A DNA stretch of 64,000 nt from Octopus bimaculoides. Lineage: Eukaryota. The first letter of the stretch is position 1. Each line of letters opens with the position of its first letter. Below the pieces are notes generated by a model that was given only the letters and a program-made list of their open reading frames with translations, had not been told where the DNA came from and searched no databases. Location of the stretch: assembly GCF_001194135.2 (NCBI RefSeq), contig NC_068981.1, positions 19,796,350 through 19,860,349 on the forward strand. The letters run 5' to 3'. This document shows, in pieces, positions 1 to 12,910 of this stretch. The position numbers and the translations under genes are program-made.

Positions 1-192
1 TATATATATTTAAATATATATATGCTCTATTCTAATGTCACCTGTCTTGTTTTCATAACTTTATATATTATATATTTCTGTTTGACTTAATTCTATTATG
101 TATGTCAAAATTTCTTCGTGAGCCTTACACGAAAATATTAAATATTTTCACTATATTTGAAGAATATTCATTTATATTACATTTATACCGTG

Positions 193-272
193 CATGTATG
201 TATGTATGTATGTATGTATGTATGTATGCATGTATGTATGCATGTATGCATGTATGTATGTATGTATGTATG
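193..272. repeat. (TATG)n microsatellite
   Basis: Direct tetranucleotide run; explains the MYVC ORFs at 157 and 194. Confidence 0.95.
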
Positions 273-1368
273 TGTTGAGGGTGGGGGAGTGCGCGCGTCC
301 ATCAATGACATACTTCATCTTCATAAAATTATATATTTGCCCTCGCAATAATTCTCTTTCTGCGCTATCGTCTCAACGAACAACCATTGATGGCTTCCAT
401 GACAAACACATCGTGGTTCTCATGGAATTTTCTTCGGAAAATTCAGAAGCACTTTCCTTTTCTCTTCCTCTGGGTATACCTTGTACATTTTTTTATATGA
501 CACCATCATGTCATCGAGAGAGAAAGCGGGGGTGGGGGAAGAGAAATCATCACAGTATTTGACTAGTACTTCATTTGTTGATTTTCAAATGGATAAAAGA
601 AAAAGCTGACCACGGCGGGATTTGAATTCATAGCATAGAGAGCCAGAAAAAATATTTTGAATTCTGTCCGACGCTCACCTTCTTTTGAGTTTGCTGCCTA
701 CAAAGCATGATGGGTAACAAGACGAGTCTCAGTTGCAGATGACATGTGTTTTTATGTGTTAACGAATGTAGGCTATATATGGTTGGCCTTCTTTCCGAAA
801 ACTATCATAAGTAATCGCCGTTTAATATCAAAAAGACTGAAAAAAAAACTGAAATTTTCTTTAATATCATAAAATGTGGAATGAGAGAAAGAGCAGGGGA
901 TGGAGGTTTGTGGGGCGAAATCGTTTCGGTTTTTATAAAGCATGGAACCCATGTTTTACGGTCCTCAATTCACAGCCCTAAATTAAAATTTGCATCATTG
1001 GAAGGACAACTGCATGCGAAAATTATTATCGTCGAGATAAACAAGATACTGGACATTAATTGCAATACAGCGAGAAGTTTGGACAGTTTTTGATTCAGAG
1101 TACGTGCTTTCGAAATGGAGGTTATTTGTGTGTTGACAGGTGCACTTGCTCCATTAATTTCACATAAGAAATACAGCGACAGTTACTGGTAGAAATGCAG
1201 TTGATGCAATTTTGTCAATACTCCATCTTTTACGATTCCTGTTTTCTTTTAACTCGACCACGTTTATCATTGAGGTAACTACTGATGAATGGTGCCGAGA
1301 ATTTCACTCAAAAGTATGTATCCTCTTCATCGATTCTACTTTTTTCATTTCTTTTTTATTTTGTTTTC

Positions 1369-1728
1369 TTTTACTTGTTTCAGTCATTTGACTGCGGCCA
1401 TGCTGGAGCACCACCTTTAGTCGAGCAAATCGACCCCAGGACTTATTCTTTGAAAGCCTAGTACTTATTCTATCGGTCTCTTTTGCCGAACCACTAAATT
1501 ACAGGGACGTAAACACACCAGCAATGTTGGGGGGACAAACACAAACATACACACACACACACACACACACATATACATATATACGACGGGCTTCTTTCAG
1601 TTTCCGTCTACCAAATCCACTCACAAGGCTTTGGTCGGCCCGAGGCTATAGTAGAAGACACGCAGTGGGACTGAACCCGGAACCATGTGGTTGGTAAGCA
1701 AGCTACTTACCACACAACCACTCCTGCG
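1369..1728 (-). mobile_element. tRNA-derived SINE family A, near full length
   Basis: Minus strand reads GCAGGAGTGGTTGTGTGGTAAGTAGC...GGTTCAGTCCCACTG (A/B-box tRNA head), internal (TA/TG)n, and tail ...GCAGTCAAATGACTGAAACAAGTAA; many copies in the window. Confidence 0.9.
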
Positions 1729-2754
1729 TCATTATTCATTTTCTGAATGCTTTATAACATTTTAATACACTTTTGAAATATATTTCTAATTTTAGATTTC
1801 GTAAAAACTATTAAGAACCGCCGCGTTTTCTAGTTGAATTTAGGACCGTAAAAAGTAAGGTCACCCTTGAAAATATAGTAATCTGCAGAAATTTTTCAAA
1901 GGAAAATAAGCAAAATGGAATTGGGTAGACATGTCCGCCTGGACATGGTTTAATATCAATATTTCCACTGTCAGTTTTATGGTCACAAACCGAAAGAATT
2001 CCATGTTTTTTTCCCCTCTCTTTTATGGTTTATATGTGTCTGGGGTACCTGTGTATTCCTCGTTAACTGTTTGCTGTGTACATTCATCGTCGGTGTCTCC
2101 TCGCCGACATTTCTGAACATCATCAACTCAAAAGAGTGGAGAATTGATACAGTATAATAATATTAGCCTCACCAACACCTCACCGCCAGGAGATCTATGG
2201 AGAAAATTATTTAAACATTACCATGTTATATCATGAAAAAGATAAACACCATTAACTGTAAATAAACAAAATTTCTTTTAAACTGAAAAAAGTCAGACAT
2301 GATAATCTTTGTACTATAGTTGAAATTTACGTATATATATTTTCACACAAATATTCACGCAGATATACACACACATGTTTTTACATACCTACAGATATGT
2401 ATCTGCGCGTATCAGTATATGTAAATATAGACATGGCTGCACTTCTGTCTATTCTGTGATTATTTCTCCAAGGGTATGGGTATAAAAGCGTTGCACTCAC
2501 CGAACTGCAAAGAATACAAATATTACCATGTCATAAAATATAGTTATTTTTATTCAGTATACATGTACATGTATGTTTGTATGTATGTATCTAGGTATGT
2601 ATGTGCGTATTCACCCCTAACTTTTTTTCCTCATTAATTTCAGGAAAATGTATAGTCCTGTTTTATTAATGAAATTTTTCTGAAGTCATGAGGAAACAAA
2701 GTCCATGGGGTGGGGGGCATGTGTCCGTAGAAATAAGGGGAATTGTCAAACTAA

Positions 2755-3431
2755 TGTAAAGATCTGTGTTTTTATCAAATTTAAGTCCCCCATAGCATTA
2801 ATAAATAACACCCACCCACGTACATGCAGGACCAAAGAGAAAAAGTAGACAAGGGTTGCATGGTACTCAGAAATATCCTACTTCCTAAGAAGATGTTTAT
2901 TCGTTTTTGAAGACTAGCGTTCACGTTTTGGGACAGAGGCTCGAACCCGCTTAGAAGCCTTGTCAAGAGGAGGTTAAAACAATCGCCTGGTGGCAATTGA
3001 AACCGACTCCGTGTCAGAAGGGGAGATAATTTCAAGACCCAACACCTAGAATTGACATAACAACGAAGAAACTATCTGGAGACAAGAGGACAGCTGTCTG
3101 TACATGTTCGTGTCTCAATAGGCTCATAATGCACAGCTATTATCCTACCTTGATGCCAAGAGTCAAAGTAATGAGACATATACAGGAGTAGAGAGTATGT
3201 GTAGTCTATGGTGATTTGCATAATTAAAATAAAAATGAGCCAGGAATGAATTTGAAGAATAAAAATGAATAAAGACATACATACAATACAAGATAAATAA
3301 TCTTGATTTATTGAAATTATCTTTGCTTCTGAAGTGGATAAAATAATCACCTGGCAGTAACTGGGACCAATTCCGAAAGAGAAACAGGAGATAAGAATCA
3401 AGAATTGGTCCAATTTTATATATCTGTTTCA
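2755..3431. mobile_element. Possible solo-LTR-like or terminal-repeat element
   Basis: Block starts TGTAAAGAT and ends ATCTGTTTCA (imperfect TG...CA termini); AATAAA on the minus strand; no TSD found. Confidence 0.25.
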
Positions 3432-3614
3432 AAACGAATAGCTATTCGTTTCAAAATTACATAACAATGGCTCATAAACTGTCTACTTTTTCTTCATTTG
3501 CGTTATATTTGCGCAGTGTACGAATATGTGTGAGTGTATATGTGTATGAATGTTTGTGGCTGGCAATATATGTATGTGTATGCCTTCCTGCTATTCTAAA
3601 ATCAAACTACCAGC

Positions 3615-3778
3615 TTCAGGTCACTCGTTCTAGCTCTGACCATGCTGCCTTCTATTACTTTCTGGCATAGAATTCATATTTGGGACTACATAACCTAATC
3701 AGTCATTCCGTTCTTTAAGATCGTGGAATACGACTTGAGGGAGATTTGGCTTTTATTTCTAGCGGGTCGAGCGACCCT
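3615..3778 (-). mobile_element. Dispersed repeat family C (core GACCTGCTAGAAATAGCAGCCAAATCTC, (CAA)n tail)
   Basis: gagatttggcttttatttctagcgggtcgagc matches the other copies. Confidence 0.7.
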
Positions 3779-3808
3779 TTTGTGCTGTTGTGTTGCTGTT
3801 TGTCCCAG

Positions 3809-3949
3809 GCTTATCCAGATCTAGAAGACGTAGTCGATATTGACACATTCTACCAGTGTCCCAAGTTTGAAAGTGTTTCGTTAAGAAAACAAATTTTGCC
3901 CGTCAAACCCCAAAGATCCAAACCCTGTCTTTTACTTAGACATTCTTGA
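3809..3949 (+). other. Candidate exon, phase-0 frame AYPDLEDVVDIDTFYQCPKFESVSLRKQILPVKPQRSKP
   Basis: Pyrimidine-rich acceptor gttgctgtttgtcccag|G, then a non-repetitive open frame; no convincing donor and no recognised homologue. Confidence 0.2.
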
Positions 3950-4104
3950 AGAATTCTTTTCTTTTGGCTGTTATTTCTTGCGTGTCGATCGACTACATAG
4001 AGGCTCCTCTACTGATTTGTATTTTTGTTATTTGATATGGTCTGTCTCGCAATTGTATGTCATTAATTCAATGATAGCGATGTAGTGTGTATTGCAGTTC
4101 TTAT

Positions 4105-4300
4105 TGTTGTTTAGCCCTAGGTCAACTCTAATTGAGAAAAATGATGATGAAAACCATTTCAGCCCCATCTCCTCTTTTTCCAACGAACAGTGCAGCCAAG
4201 ATCACAATACACACTGTATTTATTTTTCTTAAGACGGCAGTCTGACTTGAGTGAGATTTGGCTGCTTTTTCTAGCAGGTCGAGCAAAACTGTTAGAGTGT
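4105..4300 (-). mobile_element. Family C repeat
   Basis: ttgttgtttagccctaggtc tail and gagatttggctgctttttctagcaggtcgagc core. Confidence 0.75.
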
Positions 4301-4517
4301 CTGAGGCCTTTTTAAGTTCTGCTTTCAAACTATAGCGAGGTCAACTTTGTCTTCCAGCCTTTCATAAAATAAAATGCCAGTCAAGTACTGGGGTCGATTT
4401 ATCTTCCGATAAAACGCCCTGGACGTAAATGGGTTTCTTAACAGAAGACTGAAGATAAACTCCCGTGCTGGCGCGTGTATATCTGTATGTGTATCTGTGT
4501 CTGAACGTGTGTATATG

Positions 4518-4521
<4 letters not shown>

Positions 4522-4553
<32 letters not shown>

Positions 4554-4554
4554 T

Positions 4555-4600
<46 letters not shown>
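4522..4600. repeat. (GT)n(GA)n compound microsatellite
   Basis: Direct. Confidence 0.95.
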
Positions 4601-4604
<4 letters not shown>

Positions 4605-5617
4605 TATTTTGTCTGTACGTTTATAAGATATTTGGTAAATGGTATGTGTGGGGAGTTAAGTAAAAACGTAGGTCTTTCTACCACTTTTGTATGCTTTTCG
4701 ATATAATATCCATCATTTGTTTAAGACAGTTCTTAGATGTATCTCTTTATCTCAGCCGGCAGAACTGCTCAAAAGGAGGGGGTAAAAATAACCCTATCAC
4801 ACACACACACACACAAATACGTATTCAACACAAATACATACACACACTCATACACACCTTTTTTTCCTTTCCTTATACTCCTGTAACTTCCTTCTTGATG
4901 TTCTTAATCTATGTCAGAATAAGTCTAATCATTTATCCATCTAAAGCTAGAACATTTTGATTGGTTTTACATACTTCTAGCAACATATTCTTCACTTTGT
5001 GTCATACCAAGACCATGTTCTTTGAGTTAAAGAATTTCACTTTTCTTTTATTGGTATCTTTCTATTATTCTCCTCCACACGAAAATATCTCGAAGTTTCT
5101 TTTCTTTCCATCTCAGTTTCTTATCTAGGTTTCCAGGTTAAATTTATTTTATTTACTTTCTGACGAGAGCAACAACGTCTTTAAAATTCTCTCGATTTTT
5201 CTAATAATATTCTGAGACTGTTTATTGTTCATGTTACCATCCTTCTGAATTTTTAAAAAAAATGTTTTTGAATTTTTATTCTGATTTGAAATCACGAAAT
5301 ATTGAAATAATGCTAATTATGACAACAATTATTCTCTTGCATAATTTTATTTATTTTTGTGCATGTAATATTTTTGGTTTTCAATTATTTTTCATTTTTC
5401 CCTGTCATTGCTTGAAATTTTTTTTAAATTCAGAATTTGTTGGAGAGATGAGTGGGCGAAACAGATAAATAGATAGGTAGGAAATAGATAAAAAGGGATA
5501 GAGACGCACAGAAAGGGATATAGATACATGAAAATAGATAGATAGATAGATAGATAGATAGGAGTGGAGAGAGAAGAAAGCAAAAAGACACATTTGTGTA
5601 ATAACCCTTCATGTATT

Positions 5618-6002
5618 GTTGTTGGCACTCCGTCGCTTACGACGTCAAGGGTTCCAGTTGATCCGATCAACGGAACAGCCTGCTCGTGAAATTTACGTGC
5701 AAGTGGCTGAGCACTCCACAGACACGTGTACCCTTAACGTAGTTCTCGGGGATATTCAGCGTGACACAGTGTGACAAGGCTGACCCTTTGAAATACAGGC
5801 ACAACAGAAACAGGAAGTAAGAATGAGAGAAAGTTGTGGTGGAAGAGTACAACAGGGTTCGCCACCATCTCCTGCCGGAGCCTCGTGGAGCCTTAGATGT
5901 TTTCGCTCAATAAACATTCACAACACCTTGTCGGGGAATCGAAACTGCGATCCTACGACCGCGAGTCAGCTGTCCTAACCACTGGGCCATTGTGCCTCCA
6001 CT
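5618..6002 (-). mobile_element. tRNA-derived SINE family B, full length
   Basis: Head TGGAGGCACAATGGCCCAGTGGTTAGG...GTTTCGATTCCCC and (CAA)n tail; 11-bp TSD ctt(c/a)atgtatt at 5607-5617 and 6003-6013; second copy at 49740. Confidence 0.92.
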
Positions 6003-6029
6003 CTTAATGTATTAGAATTAGTAAAACTA

Positions 6030-6200
6030 AAACCTGCTAGTAATAGCAACCAAAAATCTCCCAGAAATCACACTCTGTCGTCTGAAAGCACCAGGTAGAC
6101 TCGTTGGAGACTATATTCCTACATACCCGGAGAAGGGCGGATTGGTCACAGTTGGATGCTTTTAACCATAAGTCTGCTCAACCGGGTTGGGGAGGGCGAA
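6030..6200 (+). mobile_element. Family C repeat
   Basis: acctgctagtaatagcaaccaaaaatctccc core. Confidence 0.65.
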
Positions 6201-6649
6201 ACAGCAACTAAATCAACAATAATTTATAACGCCACATCACTACTGTATTTTGTTCTACGTATTCCATGTAAGAAGAGAAAAACTAATATTTCCATAAATA
6301 TTACTAAGTAAATGAAAGAGAAATACCCGAAGTCTTTGGAAACTAGTTGTGACGAATATTTTTTTTTTCGTCTCTCTCACACAAAGGGACAGCACCAAAA
6401 CGTCACTGTCGTCTGTATCCCACGGCATACGAACTTATTCAAACTCACGAACTTCATTATGTAATTTATTGTCTAAAACTCTGCCATAGACTGTATCTTT
6501 TATAGAATTCAACGAGAAATTAATCTAAATACATATCAAGGCATCCATAGATCACATCATTAAATACATAGATACTTTGGAACAATCGATATGTTCAATC
6601 TATATTCAGGCTTCTACACACACCAACAGACACAAACACACATATATTT

Positions 6650-6700
<51 letters not shown>

Positions 6701-6919
6701 NNNNNNNNNNNNNNNNNNNNNNNNNNNNNNNNNNNNNNNNNNNNNNNNNNNNNNNNNNNNNNNNNNNNNNNNNNNNNNNNNNNNNNNNNNNNNNNNNNNN
6801 NNNNNNNNNNNNNNNNNNNNNNNNNNNNNNNNNNNNNNNNNNNNNNNNNNNNNNNNNNNNNNNNNNNNNNNNNNNNNNNNNNNNNNNNNNNNNNNNNNNN
6901 NNNNNNNNNNNNNNNNNNN
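6701..6919. other. Assembly gap flanked by (TA)n/(CA)n
   Basis: Run of N. Confidence 1.
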
Positions 6920-6966
<47 letters not shown>

Positions 6967-7459
6967 CACATAATACACATATGTATATATATGAAGTCAG
7001 AGATGTGTGCATGTGCACATTAAGTAACTATACCGTTAAATCCATACCATGGTTTCACCATATTAGCATGAAATCTTGCAGTGGATTTAATAGTATAGTT
7101 ACTAAATATAAACACACCCACATACACCAAACCCTCCATCATTGTGTGTATTAAGCATTGTATTGTTGACACACACACACACAAACATAAAAAATATACA
7201 CAGCTTATTTATATATAGGAGCAATTGCTTTTACAGCTGGATGTCTTCCCTATCATTACCCGCTCAGCCGTAAAATAGAATTTTTTTTTTTGTCTTTTTG
7301 TTCACTTAAGCAAACTGAAGCAAGCAGAGTCTGCAACATTGCGACAGTAGTAAGATCTGAACTTATGATCATGTACTTGGTAGTTCAACATATATATGTA
7401 ATATGAGTGCGTGTATGTAATTTGTGTGTGTGTGTGTGTATGTTATATAAAGTACTGGT

Positions 7460-7745
7460 ACAGTTGTGTGCTTAAGGATTTCACTTGCAACCACATGGTT
7501 TCGGGTTCAGTCCCACTGTGCTGCACTTTGGACAAGTGTCTTCTACTTCAGACTTGTGAGTTAATTCCGCAGATGGAAAATGTGTGGAAGCCCAGTGTGT
7601 TTCCGTTTGTCTTCCTCCACACCACTAGACAATGCTGGTTTGTTTATGTCCCCATACATAGCAGTTCAATCAAAGAGACTGATGGAATAAGTACCACGTT
7701 TAAAATAACATTAGTATTAGGGGTTGATTTGTTCCCATTCCTCTC
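7460..7745 (+). mobile_element. SINE family A, diverged
   Basis: caaccacatggtttcgggttcagtcccactg...ttggacaagtgtcttctac. Confidence 0.85.
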
Positions 7746-9119
7746 AGGGTGCATATTTTACTATCTCATGAAATTTCTTTTGGAGGCTTCAGATGAAGGT
7801 ATGATATTGGAAAGATGGATCTGTGGATCATACCTTTTTATTTGGCCAGCTACCTGTGTGCCTTAGTATTGCCCAGTCAGAGCTGACCTGAAAGGTTTCA
7901 TCCCACGATTTACAACTAGTACATGAGATAATATGGGGAAGTGCATGGTCAACCAAACTGCAAAATTTAGCAGCCAAGTCTCCCTGATAGCACCTCATTA
8001 TCTTAAAATGTGACACACTGAAGAACAGTCCTGGTGATCTTCAAATAGATGGTCACAGTTGGAATGCTGGGATACATGTTTGAAATAATCAATGTCTTTA
8101 GTTATAGTTCTTCTGAATCAGACTACTGCTGCTACTACTACTACTACTACTAAGTAAATATATAATCTGAACAAGAAGAATTGTAGGTATTGAAGCATTT
8201 CCCCATGGATGTTTGTCTTTCTCTTTGATTTTAAACGAAACGTTCATATTACACAAGACTGCTGACCTTCATAACAATGTACAATTTTTATTTCCTCTCC
8301 CAAACAAAGTATGTCAGGACTTGTGCTGAAATGTATAAATGTACTACTTAACATCAAAAATATATATTTTATATTTATCCCAGGACATTCCTTCCCGTGT
8401 CTTCAAAAAAACTGATTATGCTTCCTCTCATCATATTTCTTATTTCCTATTTTAATATATTAAAACTCCAATGCCTCACTCATTAAAAAAAGAATTCTTT
8501 TTGATTTTTGAGTTGTTTCCTTGCCTCTATTAATAAGAGAATAGTTTTGATTAATTAAATTTATTGTGCTCCTCACTCTAACTATAGGTATTAAGTATTT
8601 TTTAAACTTATGCTTGTCACTTTACTAACATTGTATTGTATATTTAACATTGTGTGTTGTTTTAATAACATCAATCCACACATGAAGGTAATGCCTATAA
8701 CATGTTTTGAACACCTCTTGGTCACATATGTCTTCCAGATATGTGTGCCATTATTGGCAGTATTAGCATTATCTGTTACATCTTAGGGAGTCCAAAGACT
8801 TTACTATTTCTTTTGTTCAACAGGTGTAGTTATCTTTTGCTTTGGGATTGTAAAGGCATAACCTTCAAAATGTGACATGAAGCAAACTGTCATGAGTCCA
8901 AGAGAAGGTGTGTTCTCTGTTAATATTGGCACCATTCTCAAGTTTTCGGGAAACATATCCATGCATAACTTTCTGTTGGTATGCAAAGTGTTTCTCCTCC
9001 AGGATTTTCTGCTTTTCGTATGTGTGCACATTTGCATCAATGTAGGAGCTAGTGCATATATTCATATGTGGAATGGGTATAAATGTGTGAATATCTGTCT
9101 CTGTGTGTATGTGTATACT

Positions 9120-9190
<71 letters not shown>

Positions 9191-10204
9191 ATGTAAATGT
9201 ACGTGTGCATGTATTCAAGTGTGCGTGTGGTGGGGTGTATGCCTATGTATGTGTGTATATTAGTTTGTCTTTAACTATTTGTAATGTAAAACTATTCTAA
9301 TCAGGAACTTCAGATGATTACAACAATTGGTAATGGAAGCTATTAACTAGAATACCATACAAATGTATAGTATTTCTTGATGCTTCCTGATTAAATTGTT
9401 TGTTAAGAATGGTAAGTAAATATTGTTCAGATATTCATCAGATATACTGCAGCAAGACCATGAAGGAAATGCAAAGACAGGAAAGGTATGATAGGAGAGA
9501 GGGAGGCGTTGAGATGGGAGTGGATAAGATAAAGCTTGTTGAAATGAAGCTGCAGTTTGGAAATGTAAGACATGAATTTCCAAACAACAGTGTCACGTTT
9601 ATTGAAGAGAAATCTTTAACTGAACGTGATTCTTGCTGTATATTCTTCTGATCTTACTAGATTTACCATACTGATTGAATTAATGATGGTGGTGGTGTTG
9701 GGGGGTCATAATGACTATTATCAAGGTGGTGGTGGTGTTGCTGTTTAGCCCCAGGTCAGTCCTGATAAAACAGACTGGTGTTCGAAAACATTCCAGCCGT
9801 GCTGTGATTCCAGCTGTCTTTCCATTGGATCTCATTATCTGAGATAAATGGGTGTTAGTTGAAGATATTTGACTCATTTCTTGCAGATAGGGGCCATAGA
9901 GAAGCTCCCTATGGATGCTGTTGTTTAATTTATTTTGTGGTGTTTGAATAATTATGCAATAACGAATGATTATTCCGTAATAAAAAGACTTGGTTATCTT
10001 TTAACAAAAGAACCAATTGTATAATATGCACCCTACCCCTCCACATACAGAAGACCAGCTTCTTTCAGTTTCCATCCATGAAATTCACTTTCAAAGCTTA
10101 TGTATATATATTATACTTTATGTTGGAACTATATAGAGTCTGATGTACATTTATGTGTAAGATAAACAGAATTACATTTCTGGACCCTTGTTTCTTTCAA
10201 ACAG

Positions 10205-10285
10205 TACTTTGGTGAACCATATACATCAGTTGTAGAGGATCTTTCTACCTGGGCATGCCGGAATTTCAATTTCTTTAATAATCCT
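10205..10285 (+). other. Candidate 81-nt exon (YFGEPYTSVVEDLSTWACRNFNFFNNP)
   Basis: Acceptor tttctttcaaacag, open non-repetitive frame, weak donor CCT|gtaaat; protein not recognised. Confidence 0.25.
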
Positions 10286-10887
10286 GTAAATGGAATGTCA
10301 TATTTGTATACACGCATTTTAGTTGTAGGTACATTCTTGGAGATTGGCTTTTTATAATATTGCAGAGCAATTATTTGTTTTTAAAAATCCACCAGTGTAT
10401 TATGTGTTACCCCAAACTCCATTGCAAGTCACTATTGACATAGCATGTCATAGCTTTTCCATCGATGTTTTGAATAAAGATGGGATGATCATAGGTCTAC
10501 TTAATTATGGTTGACTTGGGGTTAAACAGTAACATAATAATAACCTCACCAAGGCAACTGTGAACTTACTACAGATTACTATTTTGTGTTCTGAAACTGT
10601 CAATAAAACATAACCTTGGATAAGTACTTTGTCTCAATCTGCCTAAGAATGGTATACATAGGAAGTCCTGCAGTGATTGTAGTCGCAGGAAATTAGTAAT
10701 TAGATGATAGATGAAACAAACTTTTTAAAGACATTTCACTCCTTCAGTATAAGGATACAATTAGTTTATTGCTGATATCGATTCCTAAAGTACAGGGCAA
10801 TTTATCTTTGTGGCAGCTGAAACCTAGTTTTGATTCCTTGTGGAATCAAATAAAACTGTATTGAATAAATTAAATTTTTTGTTTCAG

Positions 10888-10920
10888 CTAAATTACCATA
10901 CTGAACTATGTCGGCTATTT
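10888..10920 (+). other. Candidate 33-nt exon (LNYHTELCRLF)
   Basis: Acceptor tttttgtttcag and donor gtaatg; phase 0-0, compatible with 10205-10285. Confidence 0.2.
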
Positions 10921-11199
10921 GTAATGTTTTTTGAGAATTCTATCTTGTCAAATTCAATGTAGTATTCTGAGTATGGTGAGTGTTATCAATAGCTTAGCTA
11001 GTCTAAGATTAGTATTGACCGATACACAGACACTGCGTTACTAAATTAACATAGTGATATACAATTATATTATTGGAGCTGTTTTATATTTATTTTCTTG
11101 TTGCCAAGAGAAGCAACACTCTAAACCATTACGGCCCATCTCAAACTCTGGCTACTATATATTTTCAATAGCTTTGGCTGCTGCTGCTATTGCTTTTGT

Positions 11200-11520
11200 G
11201 ATTGAGTTCCAAGTCAGTTCTAATCCAGTAGACCTATAGACAAAGGATAGCCACCAGTGACTATCCCAACTTTTATTCATACAGTTTACCTGGGACTACA
11301 GAATCCAATGTGTTTTTACTATTGTTGTTTAGCCTTAAATTAAGCTCTGATCCAGTAGAGCTATAACTAAAGGAGATCTGGTAGTGACTATTCCGTCTTT
11401 TATTCAGACATTTAAAGCCCCAGGACAACATTATCTGTATCCTTCATTTGTAAGGAGATAAACTGAGATTTCAAAGAGATTTATTTCTAGTATATCAAAC
11501 AATAGCTTAGAAATTCCCTT
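11200..11520 (-). mobile_element. Two adjacent family C copies
   Basis: Repeated gctctgatccagtagagctata/gtgactat segments and gagattt...tttctag core. Confidence 0.6.
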
Positions 11521-11949
11521 GTTGGCCATTTATGGTCATTTTTTTTGGGGGGGGGGGGGTCCCTCCTTGTATGGGCAGGACAGTTCGAAGAATTCTAATA
11601 TTTTGCATAATAATTGTTGTTACAAATAGTGATATACATTTCTACTAAGCATCCAGTTATATGAGAATGGAGCAACTATGCTGACTTATTTACATACATA
11701 TATTTTATATTGCATTCTGTGAACACTAGCATGTGTTGATTAATGGTTTGCACAAAACCAGTCACTAGTTCACTTTATTTATGATGTTGAAAGCGACAAG
11801 GTGTTGGCGGGGCTGTGTAACTCAGATAGAATAAATACCACAAGGTAGTTCTGTTTGAAAGCACTGGTTCAATGATTTTCTTGCCAAAATTTACAATTTT
11901 CACTGATATACATTGATGAAATATGCGTGATGATGATGTTATTAAACAT

Positions 11950-12138
11950 TCACACACACACACACAAGAGGCTTCTGCACAACATTTGTCTTTCAAATTC
12001 TACTCACTGGTCACTGGTCAACTCAAGATTATCACATATCACTGTGCAACACCATTTGTCCATGGGATTGCACAGTGATACGGAACCTAGAAGCATGTGG
12101 GCACAACTCAATCTTCTTAACCTCACAACCATACCTGT
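11950..12138 (-). mobile_element. SINE family A, old copy
   Basis: Decayed match to the head and body. Confidence 0.65.
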
Positions 12139-12910
12139 ACTTGACTTGATTAAAGGAAAGTAGTACTACTAGCTTACAGATATTCCTGCAGTGTTTCTAG
12201 CAAGGTACAGTGTCTTTACTATGCAGTCAGTTGTCAGTAACTGTAGCCTTGCAGCTACCCTGACTCTGCTCGTCAAAAAGAAATCAAATCTTAATATATA
12301 TAGGTGAAAAATTAACATTGGATCATTAAGGCATGTACTGAAACACCTTGATCAAACTATAGTTGAATAAAATGCAAAGCACACATCATATTCAGGGCAA
12401 TATAGAAAAGAAATCTGCCTAACTTCTTAAGATTAAATGGGTAAAAGGTTGTACAAAGGATAATGATGAGAACAAGACAATATTTCTGTTTATTTTTCCT
12501 TAATATTGCCAGCAGGCAAATGACTGATTAAAATAAACACTTAAAATCCAATAGTTGATTAATTGTGTAAATGTCTGAGATGAGCGCTTGTTAATGTGAT
12601 TATATCTTTTTTAATTATTAACCTTATCTCTCAAGATGGCAGATTTATCAGCATTTACAGCCACACTAAGTTTTAATTTGTTTGATCTCCTATCATCACC
12701 AGTTGTCTTATTCTTTATTGATAAAAAAACGTAGCTATTTAGTATAGAAATGATGGTTCTCAGTTTGAATCTAGTCTAGTTCTCTCTTATATATTAAGGT
12801 ATGCAATACCTGATGAAGATTGAAAGTAAATTTGATAGCAAAATGTCTAGGATAACTACAACATTCTTTAGATAACTTTTTCTTAGCAATTGCAGTCTTT
12901 ATTGATAATT

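Larger units (their letters stand above)
280..4500. promoter_or_regulatory. CpG-retaining region, possible promoter or unmethylated domain
   Basis: Many CG dinucleotides in unique sequence (e.g. gcgcgcgtcc, ccgccgcg, tcgtcggtg, gtcgatcgac) compared with DNA after about 6.5 kb; TATAAAAG near 2481. Judged by eye, not computed. Confidence 0.35.

Noticed and set aside
1158-1313. Open frame ending TTFIIEVTTDEWCREFHSK|gtatgt, phase-compatible with 3809
   Set aside because: No in-frame ATG or good acceptor, and the joined peptide is not recognised
10570-10590. Minus-strand 21-nt microexon-like motif (tttcag...|gtaagt)
   Set aside because: Isolated; a few such motifs are expected by chance in 64 kb of AT-rich DNA
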